A DNA stretch of 64,000 bases. It comes from Octopus vulgaris. Its lineage: Eukaryota. Position numbers and translations under genes: made by a program. The notes under the pieces are model-generated. The model searched no databases, was not told where the DNA came from, and saw only the letters and a list, made by a program, of their open reading frames with translations. The stretch spans positions 36,890,001 to 36,954,000 of the forward strand of contig OX597829.1 in the NCBI GenBank assembly GCA_951406725.2, read 5' to 3'. How positions within the stretch are numbered: the stretch's first letter is position 1; every line of letters starts with the position of its first letter. Shown here piece by piece: positions 25,493-38,654 of this stretch.

Positions 25493-26242
25493 ATACATAT
25501 ACACACACATATCTACCATATAATCGAGAGTGTGCATATGTATGCATAATTATACTCAACAGGCTCTGAAACAGTGCATCCTTGAGAAAAACTGATTCGA
25601 TTTTCAAAATCTGTGTCCTAAAGAGGTTTTCCATAAATAATAATAAAACACAATTTGCTATGAGTAATAATCCAAGTTTTAGATCAACAAATTCCCAATC
25701 CCTATCTATTACCATCAGGTTCCCCCTCTTTTACACATTCTCCTCTCTCTATATATTTACCAAACTCTTTATCATTCTCTGTTGGTATATGCTAGCTCTC
25801 TTTCTCTCTCTTCAAATAATGTAATTACTTTCATTTTTTTAAAAACTTTGTTACGTAATGTTTACTTTCATGTTATGAAACACAGCTATCACACAGAAAA
25901 TGCTAACTTCCAAATCCTCTTTTCTGATTGGGTAAAAATGATCAAACTTTAAACTCTGTAACAATTTACTAAAATTTTTCTGAAATAAATGAATCACAAA
26001 ATAGGATTCAGCATGAAAAAGTATATCAATATACCAAATTTGAAAATTTTCACTTAATTTTGAAATTTCAAATTTTGAGACAATAAAGAAAAGCTCTTTC
26101 TTTTTATTTGTCAATCTTTCATTTTTTGCTTTATTGTACACTTCCCCCTCTCTATATATATTTACCACACTCTCTTATTCTCCATATATGTGTATTGCTC
26201 ATGATGAGTGCATGTGTGTAAGGAATTTCATTAGGGTAATCA

Positions 26243-26730
26243 TCATCATTGTTCGACCGTAGTTGAGACAATGGAATTTACTATGTTGCACCAGACCTCA
26301 CGGTCCATCATAGCATTACGGAGGTCCTGTCGCTGGATACCTGTATCCCTGGAGATTACATCAGGGTAGGAGAGTGTGTGCTCTCTGGTATCGCGAGCAG
26401 ATGGCTTCCAGAGGAGAAGAGTAGAAATTACCTCGTTTTCAGTTCTACAACAATGTCCAGCAAACTGGACTCTTCTACCTTTCACAAGAGATGATACAGG
26501 TGGTAATTTCCCATATATTTGTACTTTGGTTGGATGACGCTTCCACGAGATATTTTGAGCTCTCATAAGGAGGCGAGTGTAAGTTCCATCCAACCGCCTC
26601 TCAAGCTTCTTTGATAACGTCCAGGTTTCTGAGCCATATAGTAGAATTGGTTCGACTGTGGCTTTGAAGATTTTAAGTTTGAAATCTCTACTCAGATTTG
26701 ATGACTAGATCTTATGCATATCATTACAGG
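26243..26730 (-). mobile_element. RTE LINE 3' end (RT C-terminus)
   Basis: ILLYGSETWTLSK..LDGTYTRLLMRAQNISW..RRVQFAGHC..AMMDREVW followed by a (TGA)n tail. Confidence 0.88.
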
Positions 26731-28210
26731 CTAATAGATAGGGTAATAGAGTGATTTAAAAATGGTATGTAAAAGAATTTATTTTAATATTCTTTTATTC
26801 TTTTACTTGCTCCAGTTATTTGACTGCAGCTGTGCTCGAGCACAGTCTTTAGTCAAACAGATTGACTCCAAGACTTATTCTTTTGGTCTGTGTGTGTAGA
26901 AAAAGAAACATTTACTAACAGAAAAATAAGCTATTGAAATAAATTACTTTTCTAAATCACTGTGAATAAATCCCAGCAATGATCTCAGACTTTCCAATAT
27001 TTTGAAATTATAAACAGAAACAAACAGAAAGGGGGTTTAAAAAAATATTTTGTTTTACTGAAAAGCTTCTCCTGTTGTTTTTAAGTGTACAGCACACAAA
27101 AAAAATTGGACAAAGTCATACTGGAAGTGGAGACAGTTATTCATAAATATTCTGAAACTTTTCCCCATTATTTGCAAGGGAGTGGTAAAAAAAAACATTT
27201 TGAAAAATCCCTGTTAAAACAGAGAAAATTCAACTTACCTAAAAGAAATTTTGAGCAGTTGTACTTTTACATAGTTGAGTAGTACATTCTTGGTTACAGC
27301 ATAAAACCAGTCAGAAAGTTATCATTGGTTTGATATCTACTATTGCACTTAGCAATATAGAAGATTCATCTGACATCCACATGGTTCCAGATTCAGTCCC
27401 ACTGCTTGGCACCAGAAGGAGGTAAAGTATAGTTTTGATTAGTTTGGTGGTAAAAAAAAAAAACGTAATTTTTTTGACATTTTTGACACAGTGGCCCCTT
27501 ATTAAAACAAAGCTTTGGAAGCCAGTGGGTTTAAGGACTGCATCACCTTTATACCAGGCCTTAACATTCACAAAGAAAGCACTGCAAAGAGTTTTAGTTT
27601 GCTTCACCCTTCTCCCTCAACATCAAAATCTGAGTGGGAAGGGTCTTCCTTAGATTAGTAGATAAGCATTTCACACAGTTCCATAGGAGATAATTCAATA
27701 GACATAATATATGGGTTTCTTTCAACTGTGAAACTAGTGTGAAAAAAAAAAAAAAAAAGATACTGTGGATAGGAGAAAAGACAAAAAAAACGTAAGCACA
27801 GCTGATCTACTTCAGCCATGGTGGGACTTGAACAAGGGGAAGCAACTCTTCTTTCCCTCCCAGAAAAAGGGTTTTTCTTTGTTTTGTTTTTTCACCATTA
27901 AACTGAAAAGAAGCCCATCGTATATATGTATGTGTGGTAAGTAGCTTGCTTACCAACCAGAATGTCATGTCAGGTGAGTCGTCTATATTGCCAAGTGCAA
28001 TATAGACATGAAATCAAAGTTTGAAAATTTATGAATTTTTCAAACACCCATTCTCTCACTTAAAAAATGATGGAAGAAGCATTGAAGGTTAAAATATATG
28101 ATTTTGAATATCAGCAATCACAATTACAATCAATCACCATATCCTTCATTTTCAAACAGAAGAGGAAACGAATTTTTAAAAAATAGTGATAAAAAAAAAA
28201 CATTTTCATA

Positions 28211-29082
28211 GGCACAGAGTGGCTGTGTGGTAAGTAAGCTTGCTTACCAACCACATGGTTCCGTTCAGTCCCACTGCTTGGCACCATGGGCAAGTGTCTT
28301 CTACTAGAGAAGACAAAGCCTTGTGAGTGGATTTGGTAGACGGAAACTAAAAGAAGCCCATCGTATATATGTATATGTGTATGTATACGTTTGTGTGGTA
28401 AGTAGCTTGCTTACCAACCACATGGTTCCAGATTCAGTCCCACTGCTTGGCACCATGGGCAAGTGTCTTCTACTAGAGAAGACAAAGCCTTGTGAGTGGA
28501 TTTGGTAGACGGAAACTAAAAGAAGCCCATCGTATATATGTATTGTGTATGTATACGTTTGTGTGGTAAGTAGCTTGCTTACCAACCACATGGTTCCAGA
28601 TTCAGTCCCACTGCTTGGCACCATGGGCAAGTGTCTTCTACTAGAGAAGACAAAGCCTTGTGAGTGGATTTGGTAGACGGAAACTAAAAGAACCATCGTA
28701 TATATGTATGTGTGTATGTATACGTTTGTGTGGTAAGTAGCTTGCTTACCAACCACATGGTTCAGATTCAGTCCCACTGCTTGGCACCATGGGCAAGTGT
28801 CTTCTACTAGAGAAGACAAAGCCTTGTGATGGATTTGGTAGACGGAAATAAAAAAGCATTTTAAAAGAAGCCACAACATGTATCATAGTATGTGCTATGT
28901 ATACGTTTGTGTGGTAAGTAGCTTGCTTACAACCACATGGTTCCAGATTCAGTCCCACTGCTTGGCACCATGGGCAAGTGTCTTCTACTAGAGAAGACAA
29001 AGCCTTGTGAGTGGATTTGGTAGACGGAAACTAAAAGAAGCCCATCGTATATATGTATGTGTGTATGTATACGTTTGTGTGT
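28211..29082 (+). repeat. Head-to-tail array of five ~168-181-bp tRNA-derived SINE units (family D)
   Basis: Units begin near 28224, 28392, 28560, 28727 and 28908; fragments of the same family near 27378 and 27900. Confidence 0.9.
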
Positions 29083-29379
29083 CCACATGCTTACCAGAAA
29101 AACCAGAGCAGTACTATACTGCATCACATAGATTGTAGACTGGTACAAATATGTACCAGCCAGGCTGAAAGGGTTAAATCATTGTTTTAAAATACATTTT
29201 TTTGCTGAAATGAAGCTACTCTTCCTGTATGGTCATGCAGTATTTACAATTAACCAGGTAATTTTGAATTCATGAATATTTGTCTTCTACAAGAACCATG
29301 TCGATTCTGACAAAACCATTGCATATTTTTAATCAGGATTGAAAAATAAATGTTTGTGCTTATTAAATCTATCTTTTGT

Positions 29380-29692
29380 GCTGTGGGCACGTAACAAACA
29401 CCATCCGATCGTGGCCATTCGCCAGCCTCATCTGGCACCTGTGTCGGTGGCACAAAAAAACACCATCCGAGCGTGGCCGTTCGCCAGCCTCGTCTGGCAC
29501 CTGTGTCGGTGGCACATAAAATCACCCACTACACTCTCAGAGTGGTTGGCGTTAGGAAGGGCATCCAGCTGTAGAAACACTGCCAGATCTGACTGGCCTG
29601 GTGCAGCCTTCGGGCTCCCCAGACCCCAGTTGAACCGTCCAACCCATGCTAGCATGGAAAGCGGACGTTAAATGATGATGATGATGATGAAT
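29380..29692 (+). mobile_element. SINE-like family B
   Basis: Core motif, internal ~60-bp duplication, (ATG)n tail. Confidence 0.85.
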
Positions 29693-30849
29693 GATCAGTT
29701 GTCTCAACAGATATTTTAATGGCATTTCAGTTGTCTGTTTCTACTTTAGCGTTGTGTATATTCAACTTTGCAAACTGGCTACCTGGAGTTAACATGCCTT
29801 TCTTTTACTAAGCAATTAGCTGAGTATATTCCTGCCTTATTTCCTCATCACCGTCAGAGAGAGAGATGTGTCTTACTCACTTTACCAAGGTAACATGCAT
29901 TTCTCACTATCTCTACTTGACAACCCAGAGAGGTAAATTCTCTCTCTCTCTCTCTCTCCTCTTACCTTCAGCTTCATAGCAGTACCCTACAAATGACCAT
30001 GGCAACCTACCCAAATAAAAACAGAACTTCTGCTAAATCTTTATGCAACAACAAATCAAAGCAGTTGTTCTATACAGTAACAGTAAATAAAAGTAATTTT
30101 AACTATTAACTAATTCTTGTCATTTATACCAATCACCAATGCATCTATAACACAGCATCGGTTATAAACTGGTTACCTCATAAAGAAACAAATTGCATAG
30201 CCTTGTTATGACTGGAAATTACGAATTGAATACGCAACAATTTTAGTTAACATACAAAACTATTACAAAGGCAAAATTAGCTTTGGTGAAATTGAGCTCA
30301 AAACACGAAGATAGAAAAAATGACATTAAGCATTTTATTTGACATGATAACAGTTCTACCAGCTTACTACCTTTAATAAAAATAATAATGATAATAATGG
30401 TGCAGTTCAATATAATGCGTTTGATGTACCAACACCTAAATAGATTGTTCAAGTAAGAGAAAAAGCGAATGAATAGAAGTATTTAAAATAGACCCTAAAC
30501 CCAAAAGATATTAATCCCCAAGTGGAGATAAATTCTCAAAAAGGGGAGATGTTATGTGAGAATACTGAATCCCACCCCCCTCCACACGAAAGGTGGATTA
30601 ATCGATTACAATAAATAAGAACTGAGTGAACTGTCAACAAGCATAGTTGACAGTGTTAGTTTGAATGTGTTGGTTTACCATGTAAGTTTGACATATGTTG
30701 GTTTAATAGTTGGTAGTGGAACAGTGAATACTGAGTATCATACCTTCATTCGAGTAGTATGGAGTGTGTTCTGTGTTAAGATATATATTTCTGTGGTTGG
30801 TTATTTTTAGATAACCACAACCAACTATTTATTTGTGTAATACCATTTT

Positions 30850-31412
30850 ACACCAGATGTCTATACCTGCATCATAACAGTAATGAAACTATCCACAACC
30901 TCAAGAGAACATCCGGGCATATGAGAGTCTAATTCATATTTCCTTAGTCCTTATTGTTCCTGCCACATACAAAGACATCTTTACCTGTTAATCTACCTGT
31001 AATGCCACTACACCTCTTATGTGTCCATAGCTTACATTGGATGCAGTAAGTGGAATTACTGCCGGAAAGAGAATCTTATCGGCATTCTTGCTAACAACAA
31101 CTTTGGTCTTTGCCAGGTTAAATTTAAGGCCCTTTGATTCCAGGTTTTGCTTCCATACTTGGAATTTTTCTCCAATTCTTCTACAGATTCCACAATAAGA
31201 GCAAGGTCATCAGCATTTAGTAGTTCCCACAGGCATTCTATGTTGAATTCCTCTGTTATGGCCAGGAGGGCAATGTTAAATAATAGCAGGCTGAGAACTG
31301 AGCCCTGGTGGACCCCTAATTGTATGCTAAATTCATCACTGTATTCATTGCCAACTCTCACCCTACTGACAACACTGCTGTACATGGTCTGTACAGCTCT
31401 AACAAGCCTTAC
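30850..31412 (-). mobile_element. RTE LINE RT fragment
   Basis: VRAVQTMY..VRVGNEYSDEF..GVHQGSVLS.LLF..ELLNADDLAL; homologous to 62720-63350. Confidence 0.88.
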
Positions 31413-32819
31413 ATGGAACCTACTATTAACACGGATCTGGAATCTATTGAGTGCAGTACAATCGGTAGTGTGTGTTCCTAAATACAGCCTTGAAACTGAT
31501 AATATACTCAATTGGGTGCAGTTAATCTGTAAAACTTCAGAAGTTTATCATTTAAGTATATATATGAGCATGTCTAGACATGCAAATATGTTCATAAGAA
31601 TACATACATAAAACCAATCTGCCAAAACAAAATTTTAAACGTATTTTTATGGGTTTTCAAAATCTTCAATTTTTAAGTACGTTCCAACCGGAAAGTCCGA
31701 CAAGCTAGAAACAACAGCCAAACCGAAGATCCACGAATTACCAAAAAAGAAAAAAAATTTTTTTAATGGGTCACTCGGGTCAAACACTGGAGTTTAAAGG
31801 TCAAGGTCTGAATTTTCTGCGCACTCCCTCCCGTTCGCCAGCGCGTTTTTTTTTTATATTCGTTTATTACCTGTTGTTTATTACCTATTACACTATTTTT
31901 TTCATTTTTGTGACCAGGTGTCGAAGTGGGGTTTCGGGATCGTGTGAATTATCCGAGTCCACACTAGATACTAGGTGAAAAATAATGTGTAGTAAACGAA
32001 TATGAAGAAAAAAATTTTCGCGGGGGGATGGTGAGGGAGCTTGGAACATTCCCAATGTGAATTTTCCGAGTCCTATCCCCCGCCCCACGTTCGCCAGCAC
32101 GCATTTTTTTTTTCATGTTATTGCATACATGTTATTGTATACCTGTTGCATTTTTTTTTTTTTTTTTGCTCGGGTCAGAATCTCCGCAGTCGAAAAACTG
32201 GGTTTCTGTAGATAAAAAAAAAAAGCCGAAAGCAGGTGCGGTCCACTTCTACCTCTGAAGTTTATCATTTAAGTATATATGAGCATGTCGAGACAAGCAG
32301 ATACATGTATGAGAATACATACATAAAACAAAACATACAAATCTGCACATATACATACATACGTACAAAAAAAAAAAAATACCCTGTTGATGTTGAAATT
32401 CCAATGAATGAGAACCTTGGATCTAGGTGGGAAACATGCTCTTTCTTTATTGGCCAAATATCTTGAAATAAAATTGAATTACAGATAGACATACAGACAT
32501 AATCGGCATGAAAGTATTAAGCATGGCTCTAAGTTTGGTAAGTGCTATGCACGCCTCATGCAGTGCTGAAGCCACTTCGTAACTTCTGCCGATTAAAAAT
32601 ATAAAAAAGCTTACACACGCACTCTTGTTCGGAGTTCTCTTTTGTTTTACTACAAAACCTATATTCAAGCTGATATAATATAAACACATTTATATTCTAT
32701 ATTTCGCTAAAATTTTTTGTTACTTTATTTGTCACCTTTTTCGGTTTCGTTTTGTTTTGTTTTCGCTATGCGTGCGTGTGTGCGTGCGTTATCAGTTAAT
32801 AGCAAATATCTAAACTCAC

Positions 32820-32900
32820 CGGTTAAAGCTGGACATAAACTGTGAGAACATTCGGTCTGCGGACCTATCATCACAGGAAGCGTATGCAAAGTGAGGAAAA
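32820..32900 (-). other. THG1L: Probable non-coding first exon of THG1L (5' boundary uncertain)
   Basis: Strong donor CCG|GTGAGT at 32820/32819 beside a CpG-rich tract; the downstream exon has an acceptor at 24227. Confidence 0.5.
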
Positions 32901-33460
32901 CGAAACTACGTTAAAGAAAGGACAGAGAAGCAAAAAAAAAGGATAGAGAAAAGGGCGTAACTTCGGTATAGGTACCGGATACTTTTCAAGAAAGTGTTTT
33001 GTTTTTTTTTTTTAATATATATTGGGGGTTAGGGTTAGGATTAGAAGTGGGGGAGAAAAGGGTTTCTGTTATCTTCAGAAATGTAAACAAAGCCATTTCC
33101 TTCCGGTACCTATACCGAAGGATCGCCGATGACAGAAGGAGAGAAAGATACACAGGGATGTAATTTTATTCAGATTAACAGAAACCGTCGACTGCTCGTG
33201 TAAAATAATCCAATTACAAAAAAGATCGAATGCGAGTGACCCGGAAGTAATCAAGTGTAGCAGTTTAGTCTAACTCTTTGGTGTTTCAATTCTTCTCATA
33301 CGAAATGCTTTCCATTTGTGACCATCCTTTCTTCTCTTTAAGGATTACGTTAACCGGTACTACTTGAGAACAGTGGTCCCGGTGCGCGCTCTCGCGTACT
33401 CGCGCATCCGCACCAGCTAGTCGTGTCCCGTCGATCCTTACTTTGTGTTTTTGTGTGTTA
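32900..33460. promoter_or_regulatory. Putative CpG-rich housekeeping promoter of THG1L
   Basis: Locally high CpG density, ETS-type CCGGAAGT at 33241-33248, CGCG-rich block near 33383-33410. Confidence 0.45.
32954..33127. mobile_element. Short TIR element with TTAGGG repeats
   Basis: CTTCGGTATAGGTACCGGA ... TCCGGTACCTATACCGAAG inverted ends; internal GGGTTAGGGTTAGG. Confidence 0.7.
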
Positions 33461-33462
33461 TT

Positions 33463-34266
33463 GGATCTTTTCGGTTTGAACGGCAGTTTTTTTCTAGCGG
33501 TGTCATACGAAATTGTCACCCATAATTATGACCCTAGTATCGATCTATTGCATTTCAATCTGTTTTAGGGTTAGGGTTAGGGGTGGGGGTAAGGGTATCT
33601 TTTTTTTTCCTTCAGAAAAGTAAATAAACCCAGGATCTTTTCCTTTTGAACGGCAGTTTTCAACACAATTTCTAGTTAACTAAACACTTTTAAACTTCGT
33701 ATACTGGTAGAATGTGTTTATAAAACATCATTTTTTCTTGGCTTTATTGAGAAAATTCTATATGTTGTAACATATTTCGACTTTAATTTCGAGCATTTCG
33801 GCAATTTTAACCAATCGCTGACCTCCATTGACGTAAACAACATTCCGTGCCGTATGAATATGTCCCTCGTTTAAGAAACAGATTGGGTTTATTTACATTT
33901 GCGAAGAAAAAAAAGATACCCTTCCCTCATCCTTAACCCTAACCCTAACCCTAAAATAGATTGAAATGCAATAGATCGATACTAGGGTTATAATTATGGG
34001 TGACAATTTCATACGACACCGCTACGGAAAATGGGATTTTTTTCTAGCGGTGTCAAATGAAAATGTCACCCATAATTATAACCCTAGTATCGATCTATTG
34101 CATTTCAATCTATTTTAGGGTTAGGTTTAGAGTTAGGGTTAGGGGTGAGGGAAGGGTATCTTTTTTTCTTCGCAAATGTAAATAAACTCAATCTGTTTCT
34201 TAAACGAGGGACATATTCATACGGCACGGAATGTTGTTCACGTCAATGAAGGTCAGCGATTGGTTA
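33463..34266. mobile_element. Cluster of three telomere-repeat MITE copies in alternating orientation
   Basis: Same family as 4314-4721; pieces 33463-33630, 33633-34030 and 34036-34266; the last two form a ~225-bp inverted repeat. Confidence 0.85.
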
Positions 34267-34631
34267 GGACAAGTTTTAAATGTCTGACATTGTCTCTCAA
34301 AACCAACAGAAAAACACTGTTTAAACCTTCAGACTAAAACTAATTTAATGTGAATTTGTAAAATTAAAATTCCATAATTTTTCCTAAATACAAATTATCA
34401 TAGACTTGCAATTAGTTCCTGCCCTTGGCTAAAAGGATTCCAGCTGGCTTGTTTCTTTATCTTCAATTATAATTCCATTCCAATTGAGGAAACATTATAA
34501 CAGCATTTTTCAAGGAGGAAAGGGGACCCTCTGGGATATTGTAAAGGCTGAAAAGGAGCTAGGCAATTTGCCATGTTCAAAAATAAAGAATAGGAATATT
34601 GAAAATGTTTAAAACTTGTCCAATAAATACC

Positions 34632-34851
34632 TGTTTCTTTACTAACCACAAGGGACACAGAGGGGACAAACAAGGACAGACAAACGGATTAAGTCGATTA
34701 CATTGATCCCCAGTGCATAACTGGTACTTAATTTATCGACCATGAAAGGCAAAGTCGACCTTGGTGGAATTTGAACTCAGAACGTAACGGCAGCCAAAAT
34801 ACCTCTAGGCATTTTGCCCGGTGTGCTAATGTTTCTGCTAGCTCGCCGCCT
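34632..34851 (-). mobile_element. SINE family A
   Basis: 16-bp TSD TTGTCCAATAAATACC at 34616-34631 and 34852-34867. Confidence 0.88.
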
Positions 34852-36289
34852 TTGTCCAATAAATACCATTGCAAAGAAAGAACTGTATTTCCTTTTCTCA
34901 TTAATAACGGAGCTGAGGTATGGGTTTGTCGTCTCGAGAACTATTGCATGAGCAAAAATTTGGTGGGAGTGGAGTTAGCGGTTTACATCAACTCCAGTGC
35001 TCAACTAGTACTTATTTCATCAATCCTGAAAGGATGAAAAGCAAAGTCAGCCTTGGCAGAATTTGAACTCGGAACATTAGACTGAAAGAAATGCCACAAA
35101 GCATTTTGTTCGACATACTAATGATGCCACCTTGAAGCTGAACAGTAAATTAAAATTGTTGTCAAACTGGAGCATATTTACATGACAGGAGGATTGGAGG
35201 AGAAGTGCAATAACCATAATTTGAAAAAAATTTTAAATGTGTGTTTCATTAGCCCATCCCACATCCTTAGGTGGGTCTGTGGGAATTGAAAAAGGGGTGG
35301 ATGAATTTCGTGTTTAAAAAAATTATGATGATTTGAAACTTATCTCCACCATAGCATAGAGAACAAGATTATTTGAATGCAAACTCTACGTTGCCTTCAC
35401 ATTCATAAAGAGTGATGAGTGGGAGCAAAAAAAAGTTAATATTTTAGTGGCAGTAGGGCTGATGCATTCCTGATTTCTATCAGGTAGAGGTGTTGTTCTG
35501 AAAGCTGGAGAAAGTATGTTTCAAAAATAGAAATTTTGGAAAAAATTATATTTTAGAATCATAATTTCCATATTTTTATATATGTTGGACTTTGTCCAAT
35601 GTGTTCTTTCATTTATAAGACATCTGATGCATGGTTAGAGAGAGAAGTGATTGTTGTTTCTAGCATATCAAGCAACCACCCTGAGGCCTCCCTCATATGA
35701 CCTGTTGATTTATCAGGCTTCCACACAAGTGTTAATGAATGGATAGGTTTAAAGACTTCCTCAAATGTTTGTAATGTGAAAGTCAGGGCAAACGAAGTGG
35801 ATTTAAAAGAGGAAAATTGAAAATTTGAAAAAGTATTTTTCCAGAATTGTAATGATGTATATAAGTAACTAGTTTAAAAGTCACACTCTGTGCAGACTTT
35901 TAAGCTAACTCCTGCAGAGGACTAATGGGCCTGTGACCCAAAATCAAAGAGAGCTAAATAGCATGATTATAATACATCTATAATGACTATATGCCCCAGT
36001 GATATTTGATTAGAGGTTAAGGGTGAATGAGAATTAATTCTGTAATGCAATCATTCTATTGCTCCAGTCCCAAGTTGAATTCCAATTGTTGGCCAATTTG
36101 TCCCAAAGTTCTTATTTCAATGTGAAATTAGCAAAGTGAATGTCATTTACCTCCCTCTTCATTTCTAACATCATCTGATGAACACCAACCAAGCTTTACA
36201 TGCTAGAAATAGCAACCTAAATGCTTGTAAAGCAGATCCATAACTGTAGAGGGAACCTGTGGTAGAGATAGACTCAGGAAGACATGACG

Positions 36290-36785
36290 AGGTAGTGAAG
36301 CATGAGCTTCAAACTTTGGGCCTCATGATGGTAATGACTAGCGACCGAGACCTTTGGTGATATGCAGTGCTCGAGAAGACCTGTCAAGCCAAGTGAAATC
36401 ATAGTCATGGCTGATGCTGGTGTCAGGTAACTGGCACATAAAAAGCACCTTTCGAACATTGCGCCTTTCAAGTGTTGGGCCTCATGGAGGCAATGACTGA
36501 GACCTTTGGGATTATGTCATGTTTGAGAAGAAGACCCAACAAGCCAAGTAAAATCACAGTCGTGGCAGATACCAGTGTCACACAAATGGCATACGTGTTA
36601 GTGGCATGTGAAAGCACCCATTATACTCGCAGAGTGGTTGGCATTAGGAAGAGTATCCAGCCATAGAAACCATGCCAAATCAAACTGGAGTCTGGTGCAG
36701 CCTTCCAGCTTGCCAGCCCCAGTCAAACTGTCCAACCCATGCCAACATGGACAAGAGACGTTAAATGATGATGATGATGATGGAT
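36290..36785 (+). mobile_element. SINE-like family B variant with internal duplication
   Basis: GTTGGCATTAGGAAGAGTATCCAGCC, duplicated GACCTTTGG..CAAGCCAAGT block, (ATG)n tail. Confidence 0.75.
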
Positions 36786-37117
36786 GTTGAAGAATCAAAT
36801 GAAGAGCAGACTTTCAATCCCAGGATCATCCTGATTCCAAAAAGGTATAATGTATCTATGTAAAGCAAATGTAGACTGAGATACACGGATCCTGGTCAGA
36901 CCAAGTTTCGCATTTATAGATAACTTTGTACATAGGTATACATCTTGTAGTATGCTGTTTAAATTCCATTCATAATGTTCGGCTATCTGACGTCATTAAC
37001 AATACAAAGGTACAAGCTACTGGATTTACTTCAGAAATTTTGTCGTGTCTGTAGAGTTTATAAAACATGAGTGGAAAAATGGAATTCTGAAAATTCTTTA
37101 TACTTACTTGTACTTGT

Positions 37118-37565
37118 AGCGACATTCACCCTGGGCGAGTTGAGTCGGCTTCTTCTACCACCCTCGAGGCATCTCGAACCATGGCAGTGGAAGAAGTTTC
37201 GTGGGAATATGAATTTCACAAGCAGTCCCCAACAATCCCACATGTAGAGACATCCTGTTTGCTGCAGATTGTTCACAGACGCAGGGACAGAACAACTGAG
37301 GAGCCACCGGTTAACGAAACAGACACTCCGAGGATTTTCACCAGAGCCCTGTCTGCCGGGTTGTGGCCCTAATACCACTCGGTGTCAGACCAATCTGCCT
37401 TGGGTGGCCCTACCAGGAACCGAAGTTCCTGACGGTATAGCTCTGACACTACCTGTCGCCAGCATCCCCACCATGGTGAGGAGGGGATGGACTTTGGGGA
37501 CGCAAGACTCTTTATCATTCACTACAATCGTTTCAACCCATTATGCACTGGTGCCTCGTGGGTGA
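37118..37565 (-). mobile_element. RTE (Bov-B-like) LINE 5' UTR fragment
   Basis: Minus-strand GAGCTATACCG...GGTAGGGCCACCCAAGGCAG resembles the RTE/Bov-B 5' UTR motif; GC-rich. Confidence 0.55.
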
Positions 37566-37907
37566 GATACTGTAGAAATAGTTGTGGTACATAGTAGGAA
37601 TGGATGTGTTTCATCTCCATTTCACTTATTTCGATTAGAATATATTGTAGTAGTTGTAGTATGTTACTCGTCTATGTGAGGAGCTTGTTTATATTGTAGA
37701 ACGCTTCTCATATAAGCAATAAGGTGACTTGCAATGAATAAAGAAAATATAGAAATAAGTAAATGAATCAAATATGTTATACACTGATAATGAAATGCAG
37801 CTGAATAAAACCATGCAATCAGGATAGAACAAAAACAATTGGACATTCAAGTTGACCTAAGCTCACCTTTACATTTTCACATAACAAATAATTTAGTATA
37901 TCCATAA

Positions 37908-37950
<43 letters not shown>

Positions 37951-38439
37951 CTCACAAACAAAATACACACACAAATATTCATACTCGCTTATCAGCTTTT
38001 TCTGTATAAATTATATATAGATACACACACACAAATATACACACACACACACAAACACACCCCACATATGCATTTATAAGCAAACATATTTGTTCACCCA
38101 CACATATTCCTATACATATATCTAACTATATTTAACAACTCAAATATGTACATCTGCAACTGTAACCACCCGCATACATATATACATACACAGATATATC
38201 TACACTCATGCACATATATCCATATAAAGATATACTGAGAAATCCATTGACACACTTATACTTATGTCCACACACACACACATATATTAAGTATCCTTCT
38301 TTTTCGGTCTTATCTTTTGCATCTTAATTATTTGATTCTGTAGTGTAGTCTGGGTCATGAATGCAGAGGACATATGAAGGTTAGAAGGAAATGAAAATAG
38401 TATGCTCCATTGGATGTGTACTGACAGTGTTCATATACA

Positions 38440-38654
38440 TATTTCTTTCCTACCCACAAGGGGCTAAACACAGAGGACAAACGGATTAAGTCGATTATAT
38501 CGACCCCAGTGCATAACTGGTACTTATTTAATTGACCCCAAAAGGATGAAAGGCAAAATCGACCGCAGTGGAATTTGAACTCAGAACGTAGCGGCAGACG
38601 AAATACCACTAAGCATTTTGCCCAGCGTGCTAACAATTCTGCCAGCTCGCCGCC
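38440..38654 (-). mobile_element. SINE family A
   Basis: Full head and core; possible TATACA TSD. Confidence 0.85.

Noticed and set aside
28211-29082. CRISPR-like array or 191-aa repeat protein
   Set aside because: No unique spacers, no cas genes, eukaryotic context; units are SINE copies and the ORFs are their antisense translation
29960-30040. Possible extra THG1L 5'UTR micro-exon (tag|GGTACTGCTATGAAGCTGAAG|gtaaga)
   Set aside because: Only splice-like motifs support it; needs transcript data
32395-32445. Hammerhead-like CCAATGA..ACCT/AGGT..GAAACATG
   Set aside because: The CUGA box is not matched and stem I is absent
33560-34145. TTAGGG runs as a telomere or chromosome-fusion scar
   Set aside because: Only 2-4 units each, always at the same position inside a dispersed MITE
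26243-37565. RTE 3' end (26.2-26.7 kb) and RTE 5' UTR (37.1-37.5 kb) as one element
   Set aside because: They are over 10 kb apart, span the putative promoter, and no shared TSD was seen
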